Source of the DNA: Octopus vulgaris
Lineage: Eukaryota
DNA length: 64,000 nucleotides
Assembly: GCA_951406725.2 (NCBI GenBank)
Contig: OX597820.1
Span: 101,122,001-101,186,000, forward strand
Direction of reading: 5' to 3'
Below are positions 26,978 to 40,924 of this stretch, one piece after another (position 1 is the stretch's first letter; each line of letters begins with the position of its first letter). The notes beneath the pieces were generated by a model. It made no database searches. It was not told the DNA's origin and saw nothing but the letters and a program-made list of their open reading frames with translations. A program made the position numbers and the translations under genes.

Positions 26978-27538
26978 ATGAATATCAGTAAAGACATGAC
27001 TACATCTAACAACCAATCTGATAGCATTAACGATGAAATTGTAGTGGAATCTGATTCACTGAAAGCTTCGTCATCCAACCATTATAATTCTTCTGGTGCT
27101 CATTGTAATGACATTTTTGAAATTAAAGACAGTGAATGCATTGTCGTTGATGCCATATCAACGGCTGCCAATAAGGAACCGATTTACATTGATCTCACTG
27201 CACTGTCTGATGAGGAAGACGATTCCATTAAGGAACCAAATGGTTCCAATATGGAAGCAGACAGTTCCAATATGGAAACAGATGGTTCCAATATGAAAGC
27301 AGATGATTTTAGATTCCCAGTTGTTGAATATCGAGTCGGTTGCAAAGGAAAGCAACAGTCTTATGCCGTTTTACCCACCAAGTGTTATAATTCCTTAATT
27401 CCAAATACAAATTACTATTCCTACCAAATATTATACAGAAATATCTTTCCAGTAATAAATGTCTGCTTGGGGATAACATGTGTACTTAATATTTTATTTG
27501 GTAAACTGAACATTATAGAAGAAAGACAAAATGCCTAA
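26978..27538 (+). CDS. 186-aa ORF: acidic, probably disordered N-terminus with several SUMO-interacting-motif-like segments; function unknown
   Basis: Only long non-microsatellite ORF; EIVVESD, CIVVDA, PIYIDLTALSDEEDD; three in-frame 21-bp repeats (SNMEAD/SNMETD/SNMKAD); TACTAAC and TTTTAAG just upstream. Confidence 0.5.
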   Translation: MNISKDMTTSNNQSDSINDEIVVESDSLKASSSNHYNSSGAHCNDIFEIKDSECIVVDAISTAANKEPIYIDLTALSDEEDDSIKEPNGSNMEADSSNMETDGSNMKADDFRFPVVEYRVGCKGKQQSYAVLPTKCYNSLIPNTNYYSYQILYRNIFPVINVCLGITCVLNILFGKLNIIEERQNA

Positions 27539-28223
27539 TGGGTTAAGTCTTTGACTTGATCTCAGTCCTTGTTCAATCAGTCTCTCTCTGACAGGTTTAC
27601 ATGGCAGTGGAGACCTCATGCATTCTAGGCCCCTGGACCATATCTCTGCTCACCACTATCAGGGTGAAGATAGTTATCTGCAAGTGTGGACCCCCTGACT
27701 CGGAGTGGATGTTCCAGTGCATCTTCCTCACCATTCTCTGGAGCAACATCTTTTCCATTTTGTCTGCTGGGGCAGTGAAGTGATCTGAATTACAGGAAAT
27801 TATACATTTCACTCATCAGTTGCTAGTCTATGTGAGTGTCAAGCTAAAGCAACAGTGTAAAAAGAAAAATTGCTTTGTTGGAAAGTGAGACTTCTGAAGT
27901 GTTAAAAGTGTCCTCCACATCATCAATTCTATGAGACAGCTATGAACATCAAACAATCTTTATTTTCTCTTTTTTAATTTTTTTTATCTGTGTCTGTATG
28001 CATCACTATTTCATTCAGTGTCATTGTTGTTTTACTCCACTTTGGTTTTGACTGAGCAGACCTATGATGAAAGGCACATCTTTTTTTTTTACTGTCATGT
28101 GTTATGTATGTGGTATGATGTTATGCAAGATCATCTAAGATAAGCTATTTGTATTAAAATGGCACAGTGCTATCTTAACCATTTCGAAATACCAGCTTAC
28201 TTGGATCTACCCCCAGTTCTATG

Positions 28224-28289
<66 letters not shown>

Positions 28290-28306
28290 TAATAATGATA
28301 ATAATG

Positions 28307-28364
<58 letters not shown>

Positions 28365-28630
28365 AATTATTGTATACAGTGCTCAGGTGCACCACAACTT
28401 GTCAGAAAGTGCGTATAAAGTCTGGAAAGCGAACAATGTATGAGTCAGATACATGCTTGTGCGTGTATGGAGGGAAGAAAATCAGGTGTAGTGTTGGCGA
28501 ATCTCAGGAAGCATGGAAGTTTTGAAGGATGCAGTGCTCCGACAACTAACAACTGATGCCGGCAGTTTGTTCCATACTTCAGCAACTCTTAGCGTGAAAA
28601 AATGTTTCCTAAAGTCATGGGAGCTGCGCT
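28365..28630 (-). mobile_element. CR1-like LINE 3' end next to (TAA)n
   Basis: Near-identical to 24050-24330. Confidence 0.85.
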
Positions 28631-28904
28631 AAACTCCCTCTTTTACCTTTTAAGTGCTTTAAGTTAAAAGCTTCAACAAAACTTCATATTAATTTATATT
28701 CCAAACATCAGCCTGAAAATGAATAAAGCTATTTTAATAAATTCTTCATTATTTTCAAAATTAATTGAAACAAAGGCAGTATATTTCAATGTAAATATGT
28801 TAAGAAGAGGGTTAAAGGAAGCATAGCATTTATTTCCGGCACACTGGGTGACCACATACAAACTTGCCTTGGTTTGCATTTGATATTGTTGTTTTTGCTG
28901 TGTT

Positions 28905-29510
28905 TAAGTTAAGTTAAGTTAGTTAGTTAAGTTAATTTTTGGGCTCAAAAAGCAAAAAGCAAGGCCATGTAGGGGGACATGGAGTTACGTACAGGGAGGG
29001 TGTTCATGCAAAGAGTTCGGGCCATTTCTGGTCAAGAGAAACTTTGAACTGAGCAGTCGTCGGCATCTTCACTATCTCGTCCGGCAGCTTATTCCACAGA
29101 TCTGCAATCCGGATGGAGAAAGCCCCTCTCCTTCGATTGAGATGAAATCGTCGCAGATAGAGCTTTTCGGAGTGACCCCGCAGCTGACGCTCTGGAGCAG
29201 GAGTGAAGAACAGCTCTTTTGAGAGGTTACACTTTCCGCTTATGATGTTGTGAGCGAGAATGAGATCACCACGGCATCGTCATTTTTCTAGAGAATAAAG
29301 GTCGAGCATCTTCAGCCTTTCTTCATAAGACAAATGCTTGAGACCAAGAACCATGTGGGTAGCCAGCTTCTGGACTCTTTCGAGATGATGTATGTCTTTG
29401 AGGAGATAAGGAGAAGAGGCTTGAATCCCATACTCCAATATGGATCTCACCAGCGTGACATAGAGCGATAGGAATATGGCAGCTGTGAGCATTCCGATTA
29501 ATTGAGGTAG
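28905..29510 (-). mobile_element. CR1-like LINE 3' fragment (second family) with (TTAAC)n tail
   Basis: LYVTLVRSILEYG...LERVQKLAT.MV.GLKHLSYEERLKMLDLYSLEK. Confidence 0.9.
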
Positions 29511-29646
29511 AGTTGAGCATACTGATGTTAAAAAGCATTCTAACTGTCACCATCTCGTATTTTTTAGAATTTCTTGGACTATGTTATGGAATGTATTTTT
29601 CTTTCTTCTTGTATTTTTAAAAATATATTTATATCTATAAAAAAAA

Positions 29647-30350
29647 ATTATTGTATACAGTGCTCAGGTGCACCACAACTTGTCAAAAGTGTGTATAAAG
29701 CATATGCAGTAATGTACAAATGTCTAGGAAGTGAACAGTGTATGAGTCAGATACATGTTTGCGTGTGTATGGAGGGGAGAAAATCAGGTGTAGTGTTGGC
29801 GAATCTCAGGAAGCATGGAAGTTTTGAAGGATGCCGTGCTCCGACAACTAACAACTGATGCCGGCAGTCTGTTCCATGCTTCAGCAACTCTTAGTGTGAA
29901 AAAATATTTCTGAAAGTCATGGGAGCTGTGCTGCTTTCTGACTCTGTAAACATGTCTACGGGTGTTAGACAGGTGGAGTTTGAAAAGGTGCTCAGAGTTA
30001 TTGTTTGTAAGATGGTTAATAATTTTATGGGTGTCTGCTAAGTCAGCTGCCAGACGTCGGAGTTTCAATGTATCCATGTATCCATGCCCTGAGAACTAAG
30101 GCGTTCAGAATATAGCAAATGCCTGATGGAGGGTATTCTCTTGGTTGCACGTTGCTGAACAGTTTCCAGACGATTAATATCCTGGGCAAGATAGGGGTTC
30201 CAGACTGGTGATGCAAATTCCAGGTGAGGCCGCACCATAGCTATATAAAGCCTCAGATAGAAAGCTGGAGAGCGGCTCACAAAGGACTTGGTAAGTGATT
30301 CCAAGACACCCTCAGCCTTCTTGGCAATTTTAGTAATGTGCTTTGTTTTC
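29647..30350 (-). mobile_element. CR1-like LINE 3' fragment
   Basis: LYIAMVRPHLEFASPVWNPYL...LETVQQRATKRI and LRRLAADL...FFTLRVAEAWN. Confidence 0.9.
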
Positions 30351-31153
30351 ATGATAAGGTCTGAGTGAGATTTGGTTGCTATTTTTAGCTGGTCAAGCAG
30401 CAGAATAGAAGTTTTTCACTGGCCTAAGGTTGATATTCAAATGGTATTATGTATGAAGTAAGTGAAGAGTAGAAGACAAAAAAAAACCCCACATTTTAAA
30501 CGTTGAAGATATAGGAACATTGAAAGGTTTATCAGCTGGAGCACACAATGATGTTTATTTATATGACATAATTCCTGGTTGAAAGGAAATCAGGAATCAA
30601 TAAATGTTGGTTGGCACAAAACCAGCTGCGACATCAAAATTGGAGCATTTACTTATATGTACTTGTATACACAAACATGTGTCTGGCATATACGTGAATT
30701 TATGTTTGTGTGAATTTGTGTATGGCAAACATGAAATCCCAGTGTCCAGTCTCACTGCATGACACTTTGAGCAAGTGTGTTCAGCTGTTAGCTTGGGTTA
30801 ACCCAAGCCTCCTTGTGAATGGAATTAGATAGATGGAAACTGGGTGAGGTTCATTAAATGGAATGTGCTTGTTATTCAAAGGGCCAGCTTCATTGTACAG
30901 TTTATAATACTGAGTCTACCTGAGGATAAGATTAAAGAGTACAAGGATTGGTGAAACACTCAGCTGTTTAACACTTTAATACATCACTATGGTATAATGA
31001 TTCGGTAGTTTTCATTGACTAAACAACTGGAGCACACCTTGTCAAAATTTATACTACATCTATCATCATTAATTTCTGTGTGTGTGTGTGTGTGTGCGTG
31101 GGCATCCATGTGAATGTGAAAGAGAGAAAGTGTGTGTGTGTGCATGTATATGA

Positions 31154-31206
<53 letters not shown>

Positions 31207-32121
31207 CCAGACAGACAGACCGGGAAGTGTGCGTGGTGTGTGCATGTATGTAATAAGCTGTTTGGCCTTCTGATATCATGGAAAACAAACATTAACCCTT
31301 GTGTTTCCATATTCCAGTTGTAATACACAGACTTGCTTTAGATTAATTTTGAAAATATAGAATTTATCAAAATAATTTTGTCAATATTAAGGTGGTGTTT
31401 GGAATATAAATTTATTTGAAATTTTGAAGAAAGGTTTTACATAAACTTAGAAAAATTGACATGGTTGGTTTCAACAGTGAGTGTCCCAGATGACTTGATC
31501 CCCAGATGACTTGATCAAAAGAACAGCCTGCTTGTGAAATCAGCATGCAGGTGACTGAGCACTCCACAGACGCATATATCTTTAATGTAGCTCTCAGGGA
31601 GATTCAGTGTGACACAGAATGTGACAAGGTTGGCCCTTTGACATACAGGTACAACTTATTTTTGCCAGCTGAGTGGATGAGAGCAACATGAAATAAAGTG
31701 ATAAGCTCAAGAAAGCACCACAATGCGAGTATCAAGTTCACGATTTTATGATCACAAACTAAATACCCTAACCATTGAACCATGAACTTTCAAAAGGTTT
31801 TAATTAGAATCACTATGAAACAAGAACTTTGTATTATAGAATCAGATATGGTTTCAGATGGGTTGGTGTTCTACAGCAATTCAGAAATGCTGACATCATG
31901 TTAATTTCTTTGGAAATTGACAGATAACAACAGTCAGAGCCATGCCAGCCACCATATCGTAGTGATATCAAGCATCTAGACAGAAATCCCCTATTATGGA
32001 TAATGTAAACATTGAGGATGAATATATAGATTTTTGTACACTGACCATGTCATTTCTCCTGCTTATGATGCCAGTACAAAATATATTTGCATGTAACTGA
32101 AATGATTCTGACAATTCTTGA

Positions 32122-32305
32122 TACATACATACATGCATACATACATACATACATACATACATACATACATACATACATGCATGCATGCATACATACATGC
32201 ATGCATGCATGCATACATACATACATGCATGCATGCGTGCATGCGTACATACATACATACATACATACATACATACATACATACATACGTATGTACATAG
32301 GTATG

Positions 32306-32336
<31 letters not shown>

Positions 32337-32427
32337 GTATGTATGTATGTATATGTGTATGTATGTATGTATGTATGTATGTATATCTATATGTATCTAT
32401 CTATTTATCTTTTGTGTGTGCATGTTT

Positions 32428-32462
<35 letters not shown>

Positions 32463-32490
32463 AGTGTATATATATATATATATAAGTGTG

Positions 32491-32521
<31 letters not shown>

Positions 32522-32775
32522 ATATTTGTATATATATATATGTATGTATGCATGCGTACATACATACATACATACATACATACATACATACGTATGTACA
32601 TAGGTATGTATGTATGTATGTATGTATGTATGTATGTATGTATGTGTGTAAGTATGTATGTATATGTGTATGTATGTATGTATGTATGTATATCTATATG
32701 TATCTATCTATTTATCTTTTGTGTGTGCATGTTTATACATGTATATATATATATGTGTGTGTGTGTGTATATTTG

Positions 32776-32810
<35 letters not shown>

Positions 32811-32826
32811 ATATATGTATATATAA

Positions 32827-32862
<36 letters not shown>
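32122..32862. repeat. Compound microsatellite containing a ~300-bp tandem duplication
   Basis: Unique-looking islands (ACGTATGTACATAGGT; TATTTATCTTTTGTGTGTGCATGTTT) each occur twice. Confidence 0.85.
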
Positions 32863-32863
<1 letters not shown>

Positions 32864-32915
32864 TGAGAAAGTTGGTTTGTGAAAGCCTTCTGTAGTTTTT
32901 TCACTTTTTACTATT

Positions 32916-32962
<47 letters not shown>

Positions 32963-33164
32963 TATATATATGTGTGTGTGTGTGTATTTAAGTGCTACAT
33001 TTTAGCAAGAGTGTTTTCAGGTCAGTCACTAATAAAGTGGCAAGACTTTGAATTAAGAGAATTCCCGGTGTTTTATAAATATGCAGTTGAGTTGATGAGT
33101 TGGTTGTGCTGTTGATGCACACATCCAAGTGTTTTCATCAATTCACCGAAAGAATCTCAGATGG

Positions 33165-33278
33165 AAAATCTTGGATCATACAAATTTTCACTATGCCACT
33201 AATAAATTGGATTTGAATTACTTATGCAAGTTTCTTTTGCTCTTTCTTCAAGTAACCTAATATTTCTAGGTTTCTGAT
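33165..33278 (-). mobile_element. R4/Dong-like LINE C-terminal fragment next to (TACA)n
   Basis: IRNLEILGYLKKEQKKLA*VIQIQFISGIVKIC resembles the end of an R4-type endonuclease domain. Confidence 0.5.
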
Positions 33279-33983
33279 GTGTATATGTATGTATGTATGT
33301 ATATACACACATATATATGTATGTATGTATATACACACATATATACATGTATGTATGTATGTATGTATGTATGTATGTATGTATGTATGTATGTATGTAT
33401 GTATATACACACATATGTATATACACATCCTACCCTCCCCAAGCATATTTACAAATGTACACACTCATACACATGTGTATATATATTTATATTTGTGTAT
33501 GTGCATGTATATCCTTACATGCATATTGTCATCTGTCAGTCGCATCAACATTGACTGTTTTGTTCAGAATTCCCTGAACAAAATGTCTTTGGATGGTGTG
33601 TAAGGCAGTTGGTTTTGTCTCCCCACCAGGCTACCTCTCTGGACCTCTATGCCAAATACCAAGAGGTGCACAAGAGTGCAATTAGCATGGCAGATGAGAC
33701 TGTCTGCAGTAGCAGCTCACTTGCTATTTGACACCCAGCTGTAGTCTAATGGTACAAATCTTCTATTTGGCTGCAATAACCTTCAAGTTGTTTGTCTAGG
33801 ACTCCTCCACTTTGTTGGTTATCCAATACCCTGCTGCTGACATCTTTACTGTTTCTCTGGCACAGGAGGGTACGGGGTTGCTAGCACTTTCCCAAGATGC
33901 TATCCCAGTCTACAGACAGAAGGGGCGACTTATTCTCCTTTCTATGGTCTATAGATATAAATTGATATGTGCATATATATTTG

Positions 33984-34015
<32 letters not shown>

Positions 34016-34053
34016 TGTATGTATGTATGTATGTATGTATGTATGTATGTATG

Positions 34054-34149
<96 letters not shown>

Positions 34150-34150
<1 letters not shown>

Positions 34151-34779
34151 AATGAAGGATAAAATTTTTTCCGAAAAAAATATTCTTTTCCCAAAAAAAT
34201 TTTATCAATGGCCAGCATATCAAAAAATACCTTTAAAGGTCAAATCTATAAACAATTCATAATTAAGGGCAAACGAAAAAATTTCTAACGCCAGATATGC
34301 TGAAAAATTGGACATATTGTCCATTAACCATATAATTTTTTCACAATATGCACGCTACTCGAAAAAAGGTCGACACAAATTTCTAAAACATTCCATTATT
34401 ACCATATCAGACCGATTTCAGTGAGAGCATTAGTTCAAATTGCATGTGTCTCGAATGGGCCGGAGTATTTCTATTTTGGATGTATTTGGGGTACTTAATT
34501 GTGCCCATGACTTAGTGTTCGCTTCTTCCATTGGGTATGAGTAAGTATCTCATTTATTTCTTTTTGCCACATGTATCACTGACAAAGGGAGGGCTGTTAT
34601 AAGCTAACCCTGAAATCAGTCCGATATGGTAATAATGGAATGTTTTAGAAATTTCTGTCGACCTTTTTTCGAGTAGCGTGCATATTGTGAAAAAATTATA
34701 TGGTTAATGGACAATATGTCCAATTTTTCGGCATATCTGGCATTAGAAATTTTTTCGTTTGCCCTTAATTATGAATTGT
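34150..34779. repeat. Fold-back element 5 (arms 34252-34421 and 34610-34779, 188-bp spacer, left extension)
   Basis: ~170-bp inverted arms homologous to 8308-8635; flanked by (TA)n. Confidence 0.95.
34573..34627 (+). ncRNA. Putative minimal hammerhead ribozyme (mutated copy)
   Basis: GTATCA-CTGACAA-AGGG...CCCT-GAA-A-TCAG-T-C-CGATAT; the opposite arm reads GAAA-TCGG-TC-TGATAT, restoring a 6-bp stem I. Confidence 0.6.
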
Positions 34780-34844
34780 GTATATATATATATATATATA
34801 TATATACAAACACACATACACATATATATTCTTTTTTTTTCTTA

Positions 34845-35238
34845 TTCTTTTACTTGTTTCAGTCATTTGACTGCGGCCACGCTGGAGTACTGCCTTTAGT
34901 CGAACAAATTGACCCCAGGACTTATTCTTTGTAAGCCTAGTACTTATTCTATTGGTCTCTTTTGCTGAAGTGCTAAGTTACGGGGACGTAAACAAACCAG
35001 CATCGGTTGTCAAGCAATGGTGGGGAGACAAACACAGACACAAACAAACACATATATATACATATATATATATTCAACGAACTTCTTTCGGTTTCTGTCT
35101 ACCAAATCCACTCACAAGGCTTTGGTCAGCCCGAGGCTATAGTAGAAGACACTTGCCCAAGGTGCCAAGTAGTGGGACTGAACCCGGAACCATGTGGTTG
35201 GGAAGCAAGCTTCTTACCACAGAGTTATGCCTGCGCCT
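34845..35238 (-). mobile_element. SINE family A
   Basis: Full reverse copy. Confidence 0.9.
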
Positions 35239-35292
35239 CAGTGTGTGTGTGTGTGAGTGTGTGTGCGCGTGCGTATGTGTGTGTAAATATAT

Positions 35293-35360
<68 letters not shown>

Positions 35361-36392
35361 AACGCTGTGCCGGTGGCACATAAAAGGCACCAACCGATCG
35401 TGGCCGCTGCCAGCCTCGCCTGGCACCTGTGCCGGTGGCATGTAAAAAGCACCCACTACACTCACGGAGTGGTTGGCGTTAAGAAGGGCATCCAGCTGTA
35501 GAAACACTGCCAGACTGGAGCCTGGTGCAGCCTCCTGGCTTCCCAGACCCCGGTCGAACCGTCCAACCTGTGCTAGCACAGAAAATGGACGTTAAACAAT
35601 GATGATGATGATGATGATATATATATATATATATATAAGCACAAGCATGAATTTGCCTTTGCCACTTATGAAGTTTGCTTCTCAACCACATGGCTTTGGC
35701 TTCAGTCCCATTGTGTGACACCTTGGGCAAGGGTATTCTGTTATAGCCCCACGCCAGCCAAAGCCTTGTGCATAGATTTCACAGATGGAAGCTGAAAGAA
35801 ACTCATCATATGTACACATATGTATCTGTATGAATGTGAGCATGTGTATGTATGTGTCTCCTTGTCTTGACATCACATGACAGCTGTAAATGAGTGTCAC
35901 TGTCACACAAGCAGTGTCATTCTTTTCCAATATTCTGCAAAAAACATTTCTGACCATAGGAAAATATTACCTTATTTGGAAACAGATGAGGGCTGGCAAC
36001 AAGGAAGGGGAATCTGGCTGTTGGAGAATCTGCCCCAGTAAACTTCATCTGACCCGTGCAAGCATGGAAAAGTGGACATTAAAACAATGATGATGATGAT
36101 GATGATATTTATATATGCATATAATGTTCATATTAAAATGTAGTACATCCAAGCATCAGTTCACATGCTACCAAAATAATATAACAATTTTGTTCTAATT
36201 CTTCATAGAGGCTGATTATTCTGACCAAATATTCAGAATTTCCTTGTAATTATGTCACATGTTGACACATGACACACTTAAAGTGGACAAATGTATCAAG
36301 ATATTTATATTATTAATGTTCATAGGTTAGTCAGAACAGGAAAGATATTACGCTTGCCCTCATTTTTAATTTAAAAATTTTTATTTATCTAT

Positions 36393-36423
<31 letters not shown>

Positions 36424-38141
36424 TTTGGCAGTCCCACTAAGTCTGGTGATACATAGGAGGAAGGATTTTCACAATTCTTGCGTTGCTACAGTCAGAGGTC
36501 TTCTATCCATTAAGACCTGATCCTAAATTCAAAGAAGACTTTTTTTGTCATGACCATCCTAATTTGATTACACAAATAGTGTATTTGAATTATATTATTG
36601 AAAGTGTCTTTCACACTTTTTGAAAGGGTAGATTTGTGACTTGAGAGAGATTTATTGCAGCAGGTTGAGTATTCATGTAGAGACACCCCCAATACTTAAG
36701 TTTAATCCTATACAATATTATTTTATATCATACAGTATATGTTGTGGTAAAGAAATTTGCTTCACAACCATATGGTTTTGGGTTCAGTCCCACTGCATGG
36801 TATCTTGGGCAAGTGTCTTCTACTATATAATCTTGAAAACTGAAAAGAAAACCATTGTATGTATGAATATATAACTCCAAGGAAGTTAGAGGTTGTGAAT
36901 CCAACCCACTAAGGGATATCTATCCAGTATACTGCTGGTAGAATACCCAATTATTAATACACAAGCGATTCCTGATGGGCCGGGGGTTTTCCAGTATACC
37001 ATAACATAATATAATATAATATAATCAATAGGTTTATTGCATGATATACATTTATTTTTATATCAGCATCATCATCATCATTGTTTAACGATATTTTAGA
37101 CAAGGTATATTTTATCATTTCTGTTTCCTGCACTTGAACAAGACCTGGATTAAATTTACCCTTTTGATACCAAACTACCATTGGTTCCATAATACAAACT
37201 CCCCATTTTGTATTCTACATTAACACCTTTCATTAAAATTTCTAATTTTTATGTTCTAAACACCGTCTTGATATGGACAAAGTTATTTTACTAAATCATT
37301 AATTATTTTCAAAATGATTTGAAACAAAGGCTGTATATTTCAATAGAAATATGGTAGCAAAAGGGTTGTTGCAATAGTGGTGTATATTGTGAGATTAGCA
37401 TTTTGAAGGGCTCTGCTCATTGTGTACAAGCTATCAATTCAGTGATTCTGCATATACTCCATTACTATAGTAATACAATATATTCGACCAGTACTGTAAA
37501 TCATTCATGTTATGCATATTGCTTTCCTGCTCTCTTAAGATAAACTCTTTTAGGTGAGTGTTATTATTTTTTTGTAACAAAGAAACTTTTTTTTATTACT
37601 GTACCTTTATCCAAATTACAGAAGATAGGGTAGACAATTTAAATTTTAACCAGCAATGCACACTTAAATGATATAATGAACTACTGTTAACTATGTAGGG
37701 ACTATATAGACAACTTATTTTTTTTCTATACATTATAGAATTTTCAATGCATTATGTATATACATTATTGAATTTAAAAAATGAACCACTGGAAAGTGAA
37801 GAGATAGACAGAGGCAATGATGTTAAAAAGTGACTGAAAGATGAAAGTAAAAACTGAAAAAGATAAAGGAGTGTCAATTCAGGAACTTCATGGTGGATAA
37901 AAGTAATTGAGAAACAGATATATTGCTGTTACAGAATTTGAATAAAGTTAATTGGTTTTGCAAAGGAACTAGAATCCCAGTAACCCATTTACTATTTATA
38001 TGAATTCATAATTGAGAGCAATATTGTGACAGAAAGTGATCATTACAGAAAGCATGTAGGTGTGTCGAGATGTCAGCTGAGAACTAACATTACTCTGTTA
38101 ATCACCATTACATGCTTGCAAATATGCAACCATTGCTTTGT

Positions 38142-38860
38142 AGGCGCAGGAGTGGCTGTGTGGTAAATAGCTTGTTTACCAACCACATGGTTCCAGGTTC
38201 AGTCCCACTGTGTGGCATCTTGGGCAAGTGTCTTCTGCTATAGCCTCGGGCCGACCTAAGCCTTGTGAGTGGATTTGGTAGATGGAAACTGAAAGAAGCC
38301 CATTGTATATATGTATATATGTATATATATATATATATCACGTGATCACGTGACCGACCAGTCCATCAGATGTAGTTACACATCGCTGATCACAATGCGT
38401 TCGCATTGTTTTAGCCTTCAGATGACGCCACCCCGCTGGCTAAGCGAGCAGGCCAACAGAAGAAAGAGTGGGAGAAAGAGTAGTGAAAGGGTACAGCAGG
38501 GATCACCACCCCCTGCCGGAGCCTCGCTGAATAAACACTCACAACACCCGGTCTGGGAATCGAAACCGCGATCCTACAACCGTGAGTCCACTGCCCTAAC
38601 CACTAGGCCATTGCGTCTCCACATATATATATATATATATGTAAGTATGTGTATATGTTTGTGCATCTGTGTTTGTCCCCCCACATCGCTTGACAACCAA
38701 TGCTGGTGTTTAACATCCCCGTAACTTAGCAGTTCGGCAAAAGAGACCGATAGAATAAGTACTAGGCTTACAAAGAATAAGTCCTGGGGTCGATTTGCTT
38801 GACTAAAGGTGGTGCTCCAGCATGGCCACAGTCAAATGACTGAAACAAGTAAAAGAGTAA
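38142..38860 (+). mobile_element. SINE family A with a family C SINE inserted in its central (TA)n
   Basis: 5' half 38142-38337, 3' half 38623-38860. Confidence 0.9.
38338..38622 (-). mobile_element. SINE family C
   Basis: tRNA-like head at the right end; ends in CACGTGATCACGTGA. Confidence 0.85.
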
Positions 38861-39891
38861 ATGTATTGTACATAAATTTTAACAACAAAATCTTGTATGG
38901 ATCTCCAAGGGTCGCAAGGACCCTGGTTGAGAATCACTGGTTTAAAACAATATCAGGACCTCAAGATATCTGGATCCACCCTTTAAAATTTGCCATAGCA
39001 TAATTTTTGTCTTAAAGCAAAATTAAGATCTATGTTCTACCATTGAGATAAAAGCAATTTTGTGTAAGCCATAAAGTGAGTTTCTTTGCAATCATATGAC
39101 ATTCTAGAAATAGTAGTCAAATTTCCCTGAAATCACATTCTACTGTCTCAAAAAAAAAAAAAAAAAAAAAAAGGTATGACACATCGGAGTAAGAGTTTAT
39201 CCAAATACTGTAAGCTAATGCAAAACACTTGTCAATTTTATTAGGATGGTTGGGATGTCTTACATGGTATTTACAGCTGCAGACTGAGCTATTTGGTGTA
39301 AGGTGCCCCTCACTGGATACACATTTGCAGCAATGGTGTAGTGCTGTCCGGATAAGAACTACCTATCTTTCCAGTTGGCCACTCACTTTATCTTTTGAGT
39401 TGGCCAGCTGTGACAACACACAACACTCACACACTGACACAGAAACTGAATTACTTGAACAAGAATGAGTAAGAGAGAGAGAGAGAGAGAGAGAAATACT
39501 AATAGCAATAGTTTGGTAATTAGATAGGCACAGTCTGTAAAATACCAACGCCTTTACCACAAGAAAATTTAGGTCACCAAGAAATATCTTTACCAAAGTC
39601 TCTCCTTACTTGCATGAGTTTTGCTGTGAAATATTGCTTGAAACAGTTGACATGTTCCTCATCGTCTCCCCCTCTACCAACAAATATCTTCTTCATATTC
39701 AATAACCTCTTCACCCCTCCTGTTAACACAAAAGTACTTTCATTGTTGTTTTGCCTTATGAAACCTAATTTCAGTTATAGAAATTTCTAGGAGAAATTAA
39801 AAAAGATATATTTTGGTCAGAACAGATATTTGGCACAATCTAATCAAATCAAAAATAAAATCCCTTGTCTCTGGTGCTGAGACAATGCTAA

Positions 39892-39958
<67 letters not shown>

Positions 39959-40201
39959 TGATGATGATGATGATGATCCTTTCTGCTATAGGCACAAGGC
40001 CTGAAGTTTTGCAGGAGTGGGGACCAGTTGATTAGATTTACCCCCCCCCCAGCATGCAACTGGCACTTAATTTATCGACCCAGGAAGGATGAAAGGCAAA
40101 GTTGACCTCATTAGAAATTTGAACTCCGAACGTAAAGACAGACGTAATACTGCTAAACATTTCGCTTGACACGCTAACGATTCTGCCAGCTCGCTACCTT
40201 C

Positions 40202-40250
<49 letters not shown>

Positions 40251-40485
40251 TTGGTTTCAAATTTTTCCACAAGGGCACCAATTTTCGGGGAGGTGATGAG
40301 TCAATTACATCAACCCCAGTGTTCAACTGGTACTTATTTTATCGACCCTGAAAGGATGAATGGTAAAGTCAACCTCAGCAGAATTTGAACTCAAAACATA
40401 GCAATGGGCGAAATACTGCTAAGTATTTCATCCAACATGCTAACAATTCTGTCAGCTTGCCATCTTAATAATAATAATAATAATA

Positions 40486-40558
<73 letters not shown>

Positions 40559-40690
40559 TAATAATAATAATAATGATAATGATGATGATGATGATGATGA
40601 TAATAATAATAATAATAATAATAATAATAGTAATAATGGCTGACCGTTAGTAAAGAGAGACACACAAATAAGAAAGAAGAAAGCAAAGTA

Positions 40691-40730
40691 CCACTGATGA
40701 GGTCACAGAAGTGTGACGAAAGAATTCTGG
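40691..40730 (+). ncRNA. Minimal type-I hammerhead ribozyme with intact core, in a ~220-bp solo element (40637-40858)
   Basis: CCA-CTGATGA-G-GTCACA-GAAG-TGTGAC-GAA-A-GAAT-T-C-TGG: stem I CCA/TGG, 6-bp stem II, UC cleavage site. Confidence 0.75.
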
Positions 40731-40855
40731 CCGAAATAAGATTAAGATTAATGTAAAAAATAAATAAAGCTGAAGCAAATTAACTCCAAATATATAGTGC
40801 ATGTGTTTTTATTGGCTAAAGTGGCAAAATGACCATTCCTAAATACAACAACATA

Positions 40856-40910
<55 letters not shown>

Positions 40911-40924
40911 ATGTGTGTGTGTAT

